A stretch of 62,347 nt of DNA, the filler included, from Perkinsus olseni (Eukaryota), in the NCBI GenBank assembly GCA_013115125.1. It is 2 parts of 2 records of this genome, joined end to end, with 100 filler letters (N's around TTAATTAATTAA, not from the genome) between each part and the next. Parts side by side here need not be neighbours in the genome. Positions count along the whole stretch, not along the records: positions 31,236 to 62,347 come from JABANN010000416.1; 1 more part is not named here. One strand, 5' to 3'. Positions within the stretch are counted from its first letter, which is position 1, and each line of letters starts with the position of its first letter. Below the pieces are notes generated by a model. That model saw only the letters and a list, made by a program, of their open reading frames with translations. It did no database searches and was not told the DNA's origin. The translations under genes and the position numbers were made by a program. Shown here one piece after another: positions 49,301 to 59,754 of this stretch.

Positions 49301-52006
49301 GCGGCGGGGCCCGGCCATCTTGGCGGTTGGTCGAGAGCCTGTATCGTGCCTTGAAGGACGGCCGGTAGACAGTAGTCAACACAGCTGACCCGCTATGACT
49401 CCTTCAGAGGAACTGGTCGCCTGCTCAAGCTCCTGCGGTCGCTCGAATCGGAGTCGCGGTTCGTCGAGCTGGATGCTGACGGCGATGGACGGATATCCCC
49501 AATGGACGTCGGATGTGCTTCTGCAGCGTCAGCTGGCGGCGGACCGAGCCTCTGCGTAGTCTGGGTCGATCACGCTGGGTGCCTGGGAACCGTGGCTCCT
49601 TCAGTCGGCCTATACTAAGCTCATGTCCCTCATCCCATCGGAGGATCTGGGTCGACGGGAATGGCAGGTCCTGGTGCTGACGGATCCCGAGGCGTTGCCG
49701 TCCGGGGCATCCCTGTTTGTCTCTAAGTTAGCCCTCTCCGCTGCCGCGACTTTAGAGTACCATCATTTCAACCACTCAGATTGGCTGAGCTGTATGATGG
49801 GTCTGGCGATCCTCTCGCGCACCACGAGGAGGTTCTTCGATCCTTCCCTGAGGCCATCCGTGCGTCTATAAGGGAGTACATCACTTCTGATGACGGTAGG
49901 CCGCCCTTGTCTCAATGGCGGTAGGGTCATTACCCGATTTACTTCAGTCAAAACCACCACTACGATCCTGCGCGTAGCCGTCGCGCGAGGGGAGTTGGCG
50001 CCCCTGCTCGAAAGCGGGGAGGGCACTGTTGTGGATGTGATCGGCCCTATCGATGCTAATGGTGACGGACGTATCGATGTTGAGGAGTTCATGGACTACG
50101 GTTTGGCCATGGAGGCCCCGAAAGGCGTCTTCTCCACGGAGGTGAGGTTTGATTATCCTCGCTTCCCCACGTGGCCCCTTGAAGGCTTCAGGCAGGCGCC
50201 TCTCGCGTCATCCGCTCAGGCCTTCGACTCCCTTCTCGATATTGGCGATGATACGATACCGAAAGACATCCTGGTCATGCTGGGTCGGCTATGGAGTCGT
50301 CACAGGTACCCCGTTCTTGAGTATTCATGTCCATCCTCGCTCCCTTCAGGCAGTCCATAGTCCTTCTTGGAGCAGCCTTCAGTGCCCTTAATATGGAAGC
50401 GAGATTCGGCCTGCTGGATACCGACAAGGACGGGGTCCTCTCCCCTGGCGGGTTGCCCGCCTCTGAGTGGACGGCAGACAGTTGGGGGTTGGAGGTGAGG
50501 TCCGTGATCACTTTCTACTGTGTGGCTGCCTTCCGTGGATGAGAGTACTTCAATACAGCGATGATTTCAGTTGCTCTCCCTCATCGATCTAGACAGCAGT
50601 TGGAGTATTTCGCTCGGGGAGTGGCAGCATTGGTCTCGTCTGGAAGCCGCGGCGCCGTTAGAGCTCCGACGAGCAGCCCTTCTGGTGATGCCAAGGGGGC
50701 GCATGCGAACTTCGGGTGGTGCACTCCGAAGGGCTTTCAATGAGCTAACTAGGGAGACGCGAGCAGTCGCTGAGGAGTACCTCGATTACGATGGCGATGG
50801 TAGTAGGTGCAGATGGATCGATTCGCCCGAGTCGCGCTCAGGTACCATCTCTGCGGGTGAGTTGGGCATGTTAGGGGTGTTGGCTGATGACAGTGAATCC
50901 CGAAAGTTATGGTATAAGCAACTTTACCACGGGTTTGAGTCGGTGCGTGGAGCCTCGTCGGGCCCGGCAATATCGCTGTTACAAACCGGACATGGCACGG
51001 CGGATAGAACAGAGAAGCCTGGACGAGGGATGGACCTGCAGGGGTTCGAGGTGAGCCCTCGTCCTCGTCTGTCGCACAGGAGGACAGGAGGGACTCCATT
51101 GGAGGTTTAAGTATTACTTGGGCATGTTGACAGTATTTACCAGGCCTCTATGGGTTTGATGATCATAGCCATCTATGATGGCCTTATTGGGGCAGGCGAG
51201 TGCGATCATTTCACAGATAGGCCGCTTGAGGGAAAGACTCTCCCGAGCTGGGCCGGCTTCGAGTCGCCACAGCGAAGCCCTACCTTTTTCGCTCCCTTTT
51301 CTGACACCATTCGACTGCAGTTCTGCACTTCCGCACCTTTGTAGCCGCTGCCCTTTGTAGGAGTATCTCGAAGCAACTTCCTCGAAGACACGCGCTGCGG
51401 CATCAGCAGCCTTCAACTACCTCGATACCGATGCTGATGGAATAATCAATAGCGTGAGCTGCCTCCTTCACACGATCATCTGTGCGGCTCGCATTCTCGA
51501 CGTTGACCTCAGGATGAAGCATTGGCCCTTGAAGGGGTGAGGAAGTTCCTCAGTGACTATGGATTCATCCGCCTTGTGGCAGACACTATCGCTGTGTGGG
51601 CACAGGAGGTAGCGTTGCGAACTCTCTCGGGATATGCCTGAGTAGTGTCTTCGACTTTCCGTGCCCTCCCCTTCAGGTTTCTCAAGCGTCCTCCATGGAC
51701 GTCATCTCTTTGGATAAGCTCGCTTCTCACGGTGACGGCGGTCAGTGCAGTGGTCGTCAACTCGGGGCCGAGCTTTATGAGGTGGGCGATAAGCCACGAA
51801 AATTCAATAAGCCTTTGCCGCTGTCCATCTGTCTCTCTGTCGACGCTAACCCGAAATCATGGCAGGCATACAATATTTTCGTACCGGAGGAGCTCGACGA
51901 GATACCCTGGCAGCTCTGGCGGCTGGTCGTCTGGCGGCACCTCACCAGTGAATTCGTGAAGGGAGCGGACGAGATCGGTCCATGGGCATCCCTGCATATT
52001 GAATGA
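31349..52006 (+). CDS. giant multi-exon EF-hand repeat Ca2+-binding protein locus (one gene or two tandem paralogues); 5' end lost in the gap
   Basis: About 30 EF-loop-like motifs across exons, e.g. DLDRDGFVSLSEF (~33315), DLDGDGSLSRKEL (~34226), DLDRNGSISRPEW (~34755), DEDGDGLINLPEW (~41360), DTNRDGYISRYEW (~41853), DRNEDGRLSGEE (~42904), DIDMSGRITPDEL (~43798), DEDRSGRLSMEEL (~46300), DLDGDGSLSPAEL (~47050), DANGDGRIDVEEF (~50052). Large acidic exons at 32.0-32.9 and 38.1-40.6 kb. Final exon ...PWQLWRLVVWRHLTSEF...LHIE ends TGA at 52006. Confidence 0.8.
32284..32605 (+). repeat. coding tandem repeat, 48-bp unit (GDHYSETVEEEKSGHT) x ~7
   Basis: Visible in the DNA and in ORF 32050-32898. Confidence 0.95.
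38549..38890 (+). repeat. coding tandem repeat (DGHPE1-4), 15-24 bp variable units
   Basis: GGTCAYCCTGARGAGGA units in ORF 37994-40606. Confidence 0.95.
39887..40110 (+). repeat. coding tandem repeat, 63-bp unit (DHGEDGVVEDVDEGREGLLEP) x ~3.5
   Basis: Visible in ORF 37994-40606. Confidence 0.92.
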
Positions 52007-52095
52007 AACAGCATGTGTCCACTACGTCTAGTTTCGCATCCGAGACGTCACCTTTCTGATGTTCGAACGCCTTTGTGTTGACCCTGAGTGTTATC

Positions 52096-52755
52096 ATGCC
52101 TCCCCACTGCGTCTCGTCACTACTGCGAGTGAGCTACACTACAGCAGGCCATTTCCCCGATGGTCGTGTCGTTGCCTTGGCCGCTGTCAGTCTTTCGGAT
52201 AGTACAGTCGTTAGTACAGCCCGGCACCAGTGCTCATTGCAGGCCACCCATCGGTGCAGGTGTTACTTCGAACGGAGAGTATGTCTCGAGGGACTCAGCT
52301 GGGCTTCGACGGAAGCCCACGACCCCCACCTACGATCCGAAATCACGAGTGACACGGGAGGAGCGAGGCATCGTGCCCGCGCACGTACGCGATGTTAAGT
52401 TAGAAGAGCCTGTCGCTCGCCTGGCTACTGGTGGCAGCAGAATGAGCTCGCCTGAGGCGCCTCTCGCTACTCGTACATCCTTCAAAGGTTGTGTTTGATA
52501 AGGAACCTTCCTCGATTCAGTACCCATCGCGGTCCTGAGATACATCAACCCGAGCCCTGGTTCCGAAATCGATTAGTGGGGCGGTCGCGGTTTCCCTCAC
52601 GACGACGCTGGCAGGACAGCAGCCAAACCTTCATGCAAGATGGGTCTCGGAAGAAGGTTGTTACCTTTCAAGGACGCAGCTTGGATATCAAATTTTGGGA
52701 TACTTTCGGCGAATTAAGAGAAAGGTATTGGCTGCAGCTGAGGAGAAGGGCCTAA
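52096..52755 (+). CDS. possible small multi-exon hypothetical gene
   Basis: Protein-like exon candidates flanked by AG/GT, ending DIKFWDTFGELRERYWLQLRRRA-TAA; splicing not fully resolved. Confidence 0.35.
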
Positions 52756-53057
52756 AACCGGTTTCACGGCTACGGGAAGCTGCCCCCGTTGGAAGGGGAG
52801 AGTGGTTGCCATATTGTGGAGTCTTTGGACTTAGTGTGGACATGGCGGCGAGGCTGTTGGGTTACATAGTTGCTGCTAATGGGTATTCCTTTTTGAGGCG
52901 GAATGGGAAAATAGTGTCTTCGTTATCAAATTTTGAACTGTAGCAGCAATTCCATAACACTTAGCAGGAGCGATGCCATTCATATTCTCTCCAACGGGGT
53001 CATGCGTTAGGGAAGGATCTGAGCTCCTCTGTTTGATAGTTCATTGCTATACGCACC

Positions 53058-54503
53058 ATGGCCGCCTCACCGGCTGCCGCTGCCGATGGACCTTCGGAAG
53101 GCCATGAATCTAGTATTGCCGAGACGGCCGAAGATTTTACTGGTAGTCCAGTAGCCTCAGGGAGTGATACCAAGAGAGCTTCCAATTCTGCGATTGATGC
53201 TAAGCCCATCGCGAGAAAGTCTTTCCTCGCTCGGTTGTCACAGTTGAACATTCTGGCACCTGATGGACGGTTTAGTGCTGTATTCAATCTTGCGGCAGCT
53301 ACTTTGGGTGCCGGAGCCCTGGCTGTTCCTGTATCGATACTGGATGCGGGTATAGTGGGTGGAGTACTACTGTTGTTCGTGATGGGTATATTGTCTCTCT
53401 TGTCGATCGTGATGATCGCTAAGGCCTGTTACATAACAGGGAAGCCCTCTTATGAAGAGCTATTGGAACATCTCTTCGGCAAAGGCGTGTGCTATGGCTT
53501 TGACGTGGTTATGATTCTTTTCTGTTTTGGAACCTGTGTTACTTACCTCATCACGTTGTTCGATATCCTTTCTCCGGTTCTCATTCACTTCATTGGACCC
53601 GACCCTACCAACTGGTTCCTCAAAATCTGGGTGCACCGCATTCCCTTCACGGCCGTCATCGCTATCGTCATCTTGCTTCCTCTCTCTTTGAGGAGTCAGA
53701 TTAGCGAGATCCGTTATGTTACATTTCTCGGTGTACTCGGCGTCTTATTTCTGGCTATAACATCCATCTACGTTCTATGCCGTTACGGCGTCTCAGATCA
53801 TCTGCCATCAGATATGGTGTCCCCAGTGAATGGCTGGACCAGCATGCTGGCGGCCATCAATACGTATACGTTTGCTTACTGTAATCAACCCAATGTCCCT
53901 GAGATCTACATCCAGGTCCGTGACCCTACCCCCAAGCGATTTATTCCTGTTGTGGTATGGACGATCGCCGTGTGCTTTATCGTTTATGTAACCGTCGGAC
54001 TTATGAATTTCTTGGCCTTCGGAATGGATGTAAAATCCTCAATCATCATTAACTTGGGACAGTACATTTCACAAGGTGATGTGATGGTATGCATTTCCTT
54101 TGCTTTGGAGTGCATCACCATTATTGGTGCCTTCCCCCTCGTCGTCTACCCTCAGAGGAGCTCCATCGTTCATGCCATCTCGGCGTGTATGCCACCTAGG
54201 AATGCATGGTGGAAGAAGATCTACGGCTGGATAGTGGTGGTACTCATCATTGGCCTATCCTATGCCGTGGCCATCGCATTACCCGATGTTAATGTTATGT
54301 TGGGATTGGTTGGATCCTTGACCGGTTCAATTGTTACATTTTATTCGCCGGCCGCCTTCATATTGAAGATATCCAAGAAGCCCCTCCTCACCTTTGACGT
54401 TGAGCATATCGTATGTTACGTATTGATAGCCGTTGGAACGTTCGCCTTCGTGCTGGGGACCTACGCCTCAGTTCAAAGTGTCATCGAATACTACTCGTCG
54501 TAG
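53058..54503 (+). CDS. transmembrane amino-acid transporter (AAAP/Aa_trans, SLC38-like), single exon, 481 aa
   Basis: Motifs FNLAAATLGAGALAVP, SYEEL, FAYCNQPNVPEIY, GLVGSLTG; many hydrophobic helices. Confidence 0.95.
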   Translation: MAASPAAAADGPSEGHESSIAETAEDFTGSPVASGSDTKRASNSAIDAKPIARKSFLARLSQLNILAPDGRFSAVFNLAAATLGAGALAVPVSILDAGIVGGVLLLFVMGILSLLSIVMIAKACYITGKPSYEELLEHLFGKGVCYGFDVVMILFCFGTCVTYLITLFDILSPVLIHFIGPDPTNWFLKIWVHRIPFTAVIAIVILLPLSLRSQISEIRYVTFLGVLGVLFLAITSIYVLCRYGVSDHLPSDMVSPVNGWTSMLAAINTYTFAYCNQPNVPEIYIQVRDPTPKRFIPVVVWTIAVCFIVYVTVGLMNFLAFGMDVKSSIIINLGQYISQGDVMVCISFALECITIIGAFPLVVYPQRSSIVHAISACMPPRNAWWKKIYGWIVVVLIIGLSYAVAIALPDVNVMLGLVGSLTGSIVTFYSPAAFILKISKKPLLTFDVEHIVCYVLIAVGTFAFVLGTYASVQSVIEYYSS

Positions 54504-54782
54504 GAGCAGCAGCTGCTGTTGTCTTTGCCTTTGCTGTGAACGATACCCCGCTTGTGAGCGGTTTCTGATTCTGGTATTTGATATCTGACAGTAGAACGAC
54601 CTGCATGCGTATGCAGGAACATCTGACTTGGCTTGTTGCGTTGGGTGGATTGATTCGCTTCGCATTGCCGTTGTAGTACGCAGCATGCGCCGTACCTTTC
54701 CCATCCTAAATCCGTGTTGACAGTTCCTCCTCTGATGGTCGTTCACTCGACGGTTTGGCGACCATTCTCTGACAGAAGAGTA

Positions 54783-55093
54783 TCATCGTTGCTGAAGGCC
54801 GTGGAGCGAGAAGTTATCGGTTATAGAAGTGTTCACACTATTACCCTTCAGGTGTCTGTTCGACGGGTGAGGTCGTTGACCAGCCGTCAAGGATATCAGC
54901 CCGTATAGACAGAAGTTGGGCGACGGGCCTCGCATAAGGAGTTCAATTTCGTTAAGGAGTCCCTCAATTTCCAAGATCAACTCGAGGTAGGAACTGCGGC
55001 TGTACACGGGCAATGGGCCTGCCACGTGCCTCCCTCTCGATAGCATCGGCCACCACCCGGGTATAGTGTCCTCGAGCGTATCGTCGAGAATCT
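54783..55093 (-). CDS. possible exon of an unidentified minus-strand gene
   Basis: After a CCCAG acceptor the frame reads ILDDTLEDTIPGWWPMLSRG...YLELILEIEGLLNEIELLM; no family recognised. Confidence 0.3.
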
Positions 55094-55358
55094 CTGGGCA
55101 CCCAGCTCAGTGGTGATGTGGGCGATCGTGACAGACTTGAGTTCGCTATGTTACAGAAGCGGGCGACGCCTGATGAACCCGGTCACCGATGGGATGAACC
55201 AAATCGTTTGGAGTCCCTCGATATGCATTGATCCAACGCCCGACCACGTGTCCATGGCTCCGCCTTTCTCATGTCAAAGATGCCTTGTGTTCAGCGGTAG
55301 TGGTCACCACAGGGTGCGGTCATATAAGATTCTCGTAAATGAATCCTCACTCATCCCC

Positions 55359-57242
55359 ATGAACTCGTCCACCCTACAAGCGATTTTCTTTGTGTCTGTT
55401 GTTTTTCTAGCCCGGCTGGGTGCAGTCCCTCTGTTGGATTGTACGGGCCAAGTGGAGTGGGAAAGGTTCCGTCACCTCCTCGCACAGGATCACCTAGCTG
55501 GTTATGCCATCTCCAGCGAGACTTTAGCTGTGGCCTCGAGGCTGGTCGAGGAACACCAGTCCGACCTGCTGCCAGATAGCAGCCTCCCGTACAGCGCCTC
55601 CCCTATGATGATGCAGTTCTGGCTGCAGGCCAACGGTCACGAGCATCGGCCGCAGTGCCTTTACGGGGCGGCAACTGCCTTGTGGATTCTGGGACGTGCC
55701 GGAGGTGACGAGGAGCTCCTCAGGTTGGCCGACCACCTGCTCGGAGCTACAGAGACAAAGCGGAACCTGGCTTTCCTGGAAGACTCCGGGTGGCCCTTGA
55801 GTGTAGTAGCGCTGGTCGAGGCCGCGGAGCCGTCCGAATCGTCCATACAGCTGCTGCACGAGGATCGGCCGCGAGAGCCGCGACTGTCCCCGCCGATACC
55901 AGCTCGTTATACTGGTGAACTGGCGGGATTGGTGGTCTGGGAGGTGGGAGTTCACGCCTCTCTCAGTGCCGAGGTGCTCAACATGTTACGGCTCGTTGGT
56001 GGTTCGAAGCTCGAGGGTCATCGAAGGCTGTTGCAACGGCAATATCCTCCCTGGTTGTTGGACATCTGTGGTCAGCTCTACTCTGGCTCCATTGGCTGTG
56101 ACACGCACCGAGATGAGCTCACCGACATATTTGAGTCCTACCTACCCGACTCGGACACGTCGAATAGGGAGCTCAGTTGGGAGTCTATAGAGGCCATGAG
56201 GGATAGGCTAGCTGCGGCTGGCTCGAGGGCAGCAGGGCCGATGCCTGGCATGATCGTGTGCACTGTACCGGTACTCTGTGTAGTCATGGCGGGCCTGGCG
56301 GGGAAGGTCGGAGCGATGGTGGTGGGCTACTTCGGCCACCCTGCCCTCTTTATGGTCGATAGAAGCAGTGATGATGGCGATACCAGCGCGATGGTCTGGT
56401 CGGCACTTGTGGAGATGTCTCGGAGTGGGGTACTGATCACCTCCGATCCTTTCCTTAGCATGCAGTACGAGTACCAACTAGGACTTCACCTACCGTTCAT
56501 CCGTACTCATGGCCTATACACTCATGCCACCCATCGGCCGATCTTCCGGAATCACGTTTTGGTTTGGGACAGACCACACGACACGGCTCTGATGGGGACG
56601 CTACAGCACGTCGTGGACCATCTATTCGGCAGTGCCGATCAGCCGTCAGCAGAACAGCGATGGAGCGATGAGCCCGAACTTCGGGGCAGCGGACATGACC
56701 CTGAAGGCCAAGGCTTCCGTACTATTGCCGGCCGTTCTCGCTTTCGGTATACCCTGGTCACCCGCAAGGCGTTGAAGGATACCAGCTACCGCTACCTGAG
56801 CCGTTTCAACGCAATAGTGCTCTTCCCGTACGACATGGACCTGGTCACTTTCTATGAGATCTATTCGATGTTCATGCCCATCTTCATGCCATCATCGCTC
56901 GACAAGTACATTTTCTTCCAGAATCACAAGGCCTACGATGGTCGGTTCACTGCAGAGCCTGCTCAACTGTGGCAGAGTAACTCGACCAGCCCCTTCGATG
57001 AAGGCGATCCTCGAGCTGTTCAGGAAATTCTTGAATTTGTGGACTACTTTGCCCTGCCGGGGATAAGGCATTTCGGCAGCCTGAGCGACCTTTTGAAGCA
57101 ACTCCAGGATTTTGGTGTTCTAGAGGTTGAGCAGGCGAGCCGACAGATGCGTGATTTCTTCCATGAAGAGTTGACTAGGAGTGTGGAGTCATGGCGGAGG
57201 GTGTGGCTTCAGGCGCAGCACTACGGATCGTCAGAGAGCTGA
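55359..57242 (+). CDS. secretory-pathway protein, putative glycosyltransferase-like, single exon
   Basis: Long ORF (55110-57242) with probable start MNSSTLQAIFFVSVVFLARLGA (signal/anchor). The C-terminal YRYLSRFNAIVLFPYDMDLVTFYEIYSMFMPIFMP resembles the GT-B nucleotide-sugar-binding segment (inference). Confidence 0.65.
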   Translation: MNSSTLQAIFFVSVVFLARLGAVPLLDCTGQVEWERFRHLLAQDHLAGYAISSETLAVASRLVEEHQSDLLPDSSLPYSASPMMMQFWLQANGHEHRPQCLYGAATALWILGRAGGDEELLRLADHLLGATETKRNLAFLEDSGWPLSVVALVEAAEPSESSIQLLHEDRPREPRLSPPIPARYTGELAGLVVWEVGVHASLSAEVLNMLRLVGGSKLEGHRRLLQRQYPPWLLDICGQLYSGSIGCDTHRDELTDIFESYLPDSDTSNRELSWESIEAMRDRLAAAGSRAAGPMPGMIVCTVPVLCVVMAGLAGKVGAMVVGYFGHPALFMVDRSSDDGDTSAMVWSALVEMSRSGVLITSDPFLSMQYEYQLGLHLPFIRTHGLYTHATHRPIFRNHVLVWDRPHDTALMGTLQHVVDHLFGSADQPSAEQRWSDEPELRGSGHDPEGQGFRTIAGRSRFRYTLVTRKALKDTSYRYLSRFNAIVLFPYDMDLVTFYEIYSMFMPIFMPSSLDKYIFFQNHKAYDGRFTAEPAQLWQSNSTSPFDEGDPRAVQEILEFVDYFALPGIRHFGSLSDLLKQLQDFGVLEVEQASRQMRDFFHEELTRSVESWRRVWLQAQHYGSSES

Positions 57243-57410
57243 AGGGGTCGAGAATCCGCCGGGCATGATACATGGCAAAGTGCATATGGTTTCGTTAGCA
57301 TGATGACTGGGGCCTGGGGTTCTTTGGAGATCGCGGACAAGAGTCGCCGTTGTGACACCTCCACGTTGGGCTGTTTGCTCCTCCTCCTCCTCCTCCTCCT
57401 CCTTCACATC

Positions 57411-59754
57411 ATGGCTAGCAAGCATTTGTCGGAGATCCTAGAGGCAGCGGGGGAGTGGTTCGAGCTGCAGGTGAGCAGCTGTATGCTCACCTACACGCTC
57501 TACCTGGGGTCACCAGGTCCTGGCCGCCGAAACAGAGTTCAGTATTCTCACGAAGGCCAGTGTGGACTTTCGGGCTGCCGTCAGCAAGTTGAACACATTT
57601 GAGGAGCAAGCATTACAGCTGGTCGCGGGAACGCCTCTGCCAAGTGACTCGGATCACTGCGGTGCGCACCATAGCCGAGTTCCTGTCAGCGATACCGGAA
57701 CTGAACGAGGACGCGGTAATGAGGCAGGTGAAGAGAATGGAGAAGGCGGTAGACGCCCTTGAGCGGACGGAGGCTCCGAAAATACCCAAAACAGCACCGA
57801 ATCTGCAGGGTCAGTTCACGGGTTACGGTTACTGGGATTTCGGCCAGAGCTAATACGCTCATTATTTCGATTGCGCAGGCACTGTGCATCTTCACACAGC
57901 GGCGAAGACACCGGCTCGGTTCGTACCACCTCCGCAGCCGCAAGCAGAAGTAACAACCAAGCATGCGAAGGCCGTGCCTGAGAATAAGGCTGCTGTTGTA
58001 CCTATTGATGTTGCGGATGAGGAGGCTGAGGATAGTCTCAAGGATGGCGTAGGCTCTTTATCACTGGACGAACGGGAAGGAACTGGCTGGCGAATCTTGT
58101 TGATTCTGCCGAAAAAGGCGTTCGGATTGCTGTGTTCAACGGTCCCCAACTTTGTCAGGATCCTAGAGTTGACATCTCCGAGGCAGTGGTAGACATAACA
58201 GCACGAGAAGAGAACACTCCACCACAACCGAGTGGTGCCGGGGGAATCGTCAATCAGCTGAAGAATCGGTTTATGCTGAATAAGAAACAGCCGGCAGCAC
58301 CGAAGACCCCCAGCGCGGAAGGTCGGGTCATTTCTGACCAAATTTTCGGAGATACGTTGTCAGATCTGCGGCAAATCCCATCGCAGGCAAGTAATCCCTT
58401 CAAAGCCGGGGACAAGGGTAGGTGACCTCAGTGGTATTTGTTTATTGCTGCAGCCGTTTCTCCTAGGGAGAGTCACTCCAGGGTTCCGAACTCCGCGGTT
58501 TGTGCCGCCGCCTCCCATGCGTGAGGAAGATGTTGTTGCATGCGAACCCGGCGAAGCGGTGAGCGGCCAGTGGGGGCCCCAAGCTATTCTCCCCTCCCCC
58601 AGGCAATGCAAATAGATGAAGCTGAGGATGCCGATGATGAGAGTGAGGAGAGCGAGCACGAGAGGAGCATCATGAAGACCTGCTATGAGAGCAACGGTGG
58701 GTTTCGGATATCGTCATCTTTTTTTCGGAGTCTCCCGTCAGCCTTCGACTCCTTGCCGGGCTATCCAACCGAGAAGGGGCGACACGAAGACGATGTGAAG
58801 TAGGTCCCGGCAGGCCGCTCAAGTGGCGCGAATCTGCAGACTTTCGCGCTTTTCTCTTGGCTGTTATCAGGAGGGTACGCGGTACTTTTTGGCTGTCATC
58901 GAGACACGTTTCCGGTTTCCTTCGTTCCGCGTGGTAGCGATCGTTCGATAGGTTTGTCGACGCCCTGGAGTCATTCGGGTCGATGAAGAAGAATGCGCCG
59001 CCAACACCGGTGAAGGCATGTGATGCGCGCTCCTTGCCATACTCTGTTGAAGTCGCAGGCCGCAGGCACCCTTACCCTCAACACCACTCCAGTGGTCATC
59101 GGTCGGAGGAGTTGTGCTCCTCAGCGACAAGAATTGAAGCCACTGCCCACCCTCGATGCGAACGACCAAGTAAAGAAGTGGTTTCATACGCGTTGCACGG
59201 CTTCTTCTTCTTGAGCTTCGAGGGCCCAAGATGGAGGTGCCAAGATTTTTGTTTGCGATATTCCCTCAGTACGACGTGTCTGAGAAGGATACGGATAACT
59301 CTGATCAAGAAAAGGGAGGCAAGCCGAAGATCAAGAAGCGAATCCCGGAATGGTCTCGGCAGTGGAAACGACTGGTAGCAGAATATTCCGTCTCATCAGA
59401 ATATTCTCGTCAGAATATTGTTACTTATCATTGTTATTTAGAGTGTTACTCAGGTCAGGGACCAGGCTAGTGTGGACCCCGAGTCCGTGTTCGGCTGTGC
59501 TGTGCCTGCCACGGACCTCGATCAAATCTTCAACGACGGCAATTACAGGCATATGAGAATGGATAGGCCTCGGCGGAAAAGGTGGATGGTGGAGTCGCTG
59601 AGTCGTCAATGAGTGGTGTTTTATGTTTGTCAGAGGGTCGAGTGCGTGCTGGTACTTCGATGCCCTCACCCAGAAGGAGATTGATGAGTATCGTCTCAAC
59701 TGCGGACAGACGGAGAAGGTTGAGGATATCTTTGTTGGAGGGAGGCGGCCATAA
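57411..59754 (+). CDS. INCENP: INCENP-like inner centromere protein (C-terminal Aurora-kinase-binding IN-box), multi-exon
   Basis: Spliced C-terminus YDVSEKDTDNSD...KKRIPEWSRQW...VDPESVFG...DLDQIF...RRKR|GSSACW...LTQKEIDEY matches the IN-box pattern (IPxW, DPxxxFG, LxxIF, RxSSAxW); many [S/T]P sites in the middle. Confidence 0.78.

Noticed and set aside
55060-55080. Minus-strand peptide YARGHYT identical to a tubulin motif
   Set aside because: Flanks show no tubulin similarity and the frame stops shortly after; treated as coincidence.
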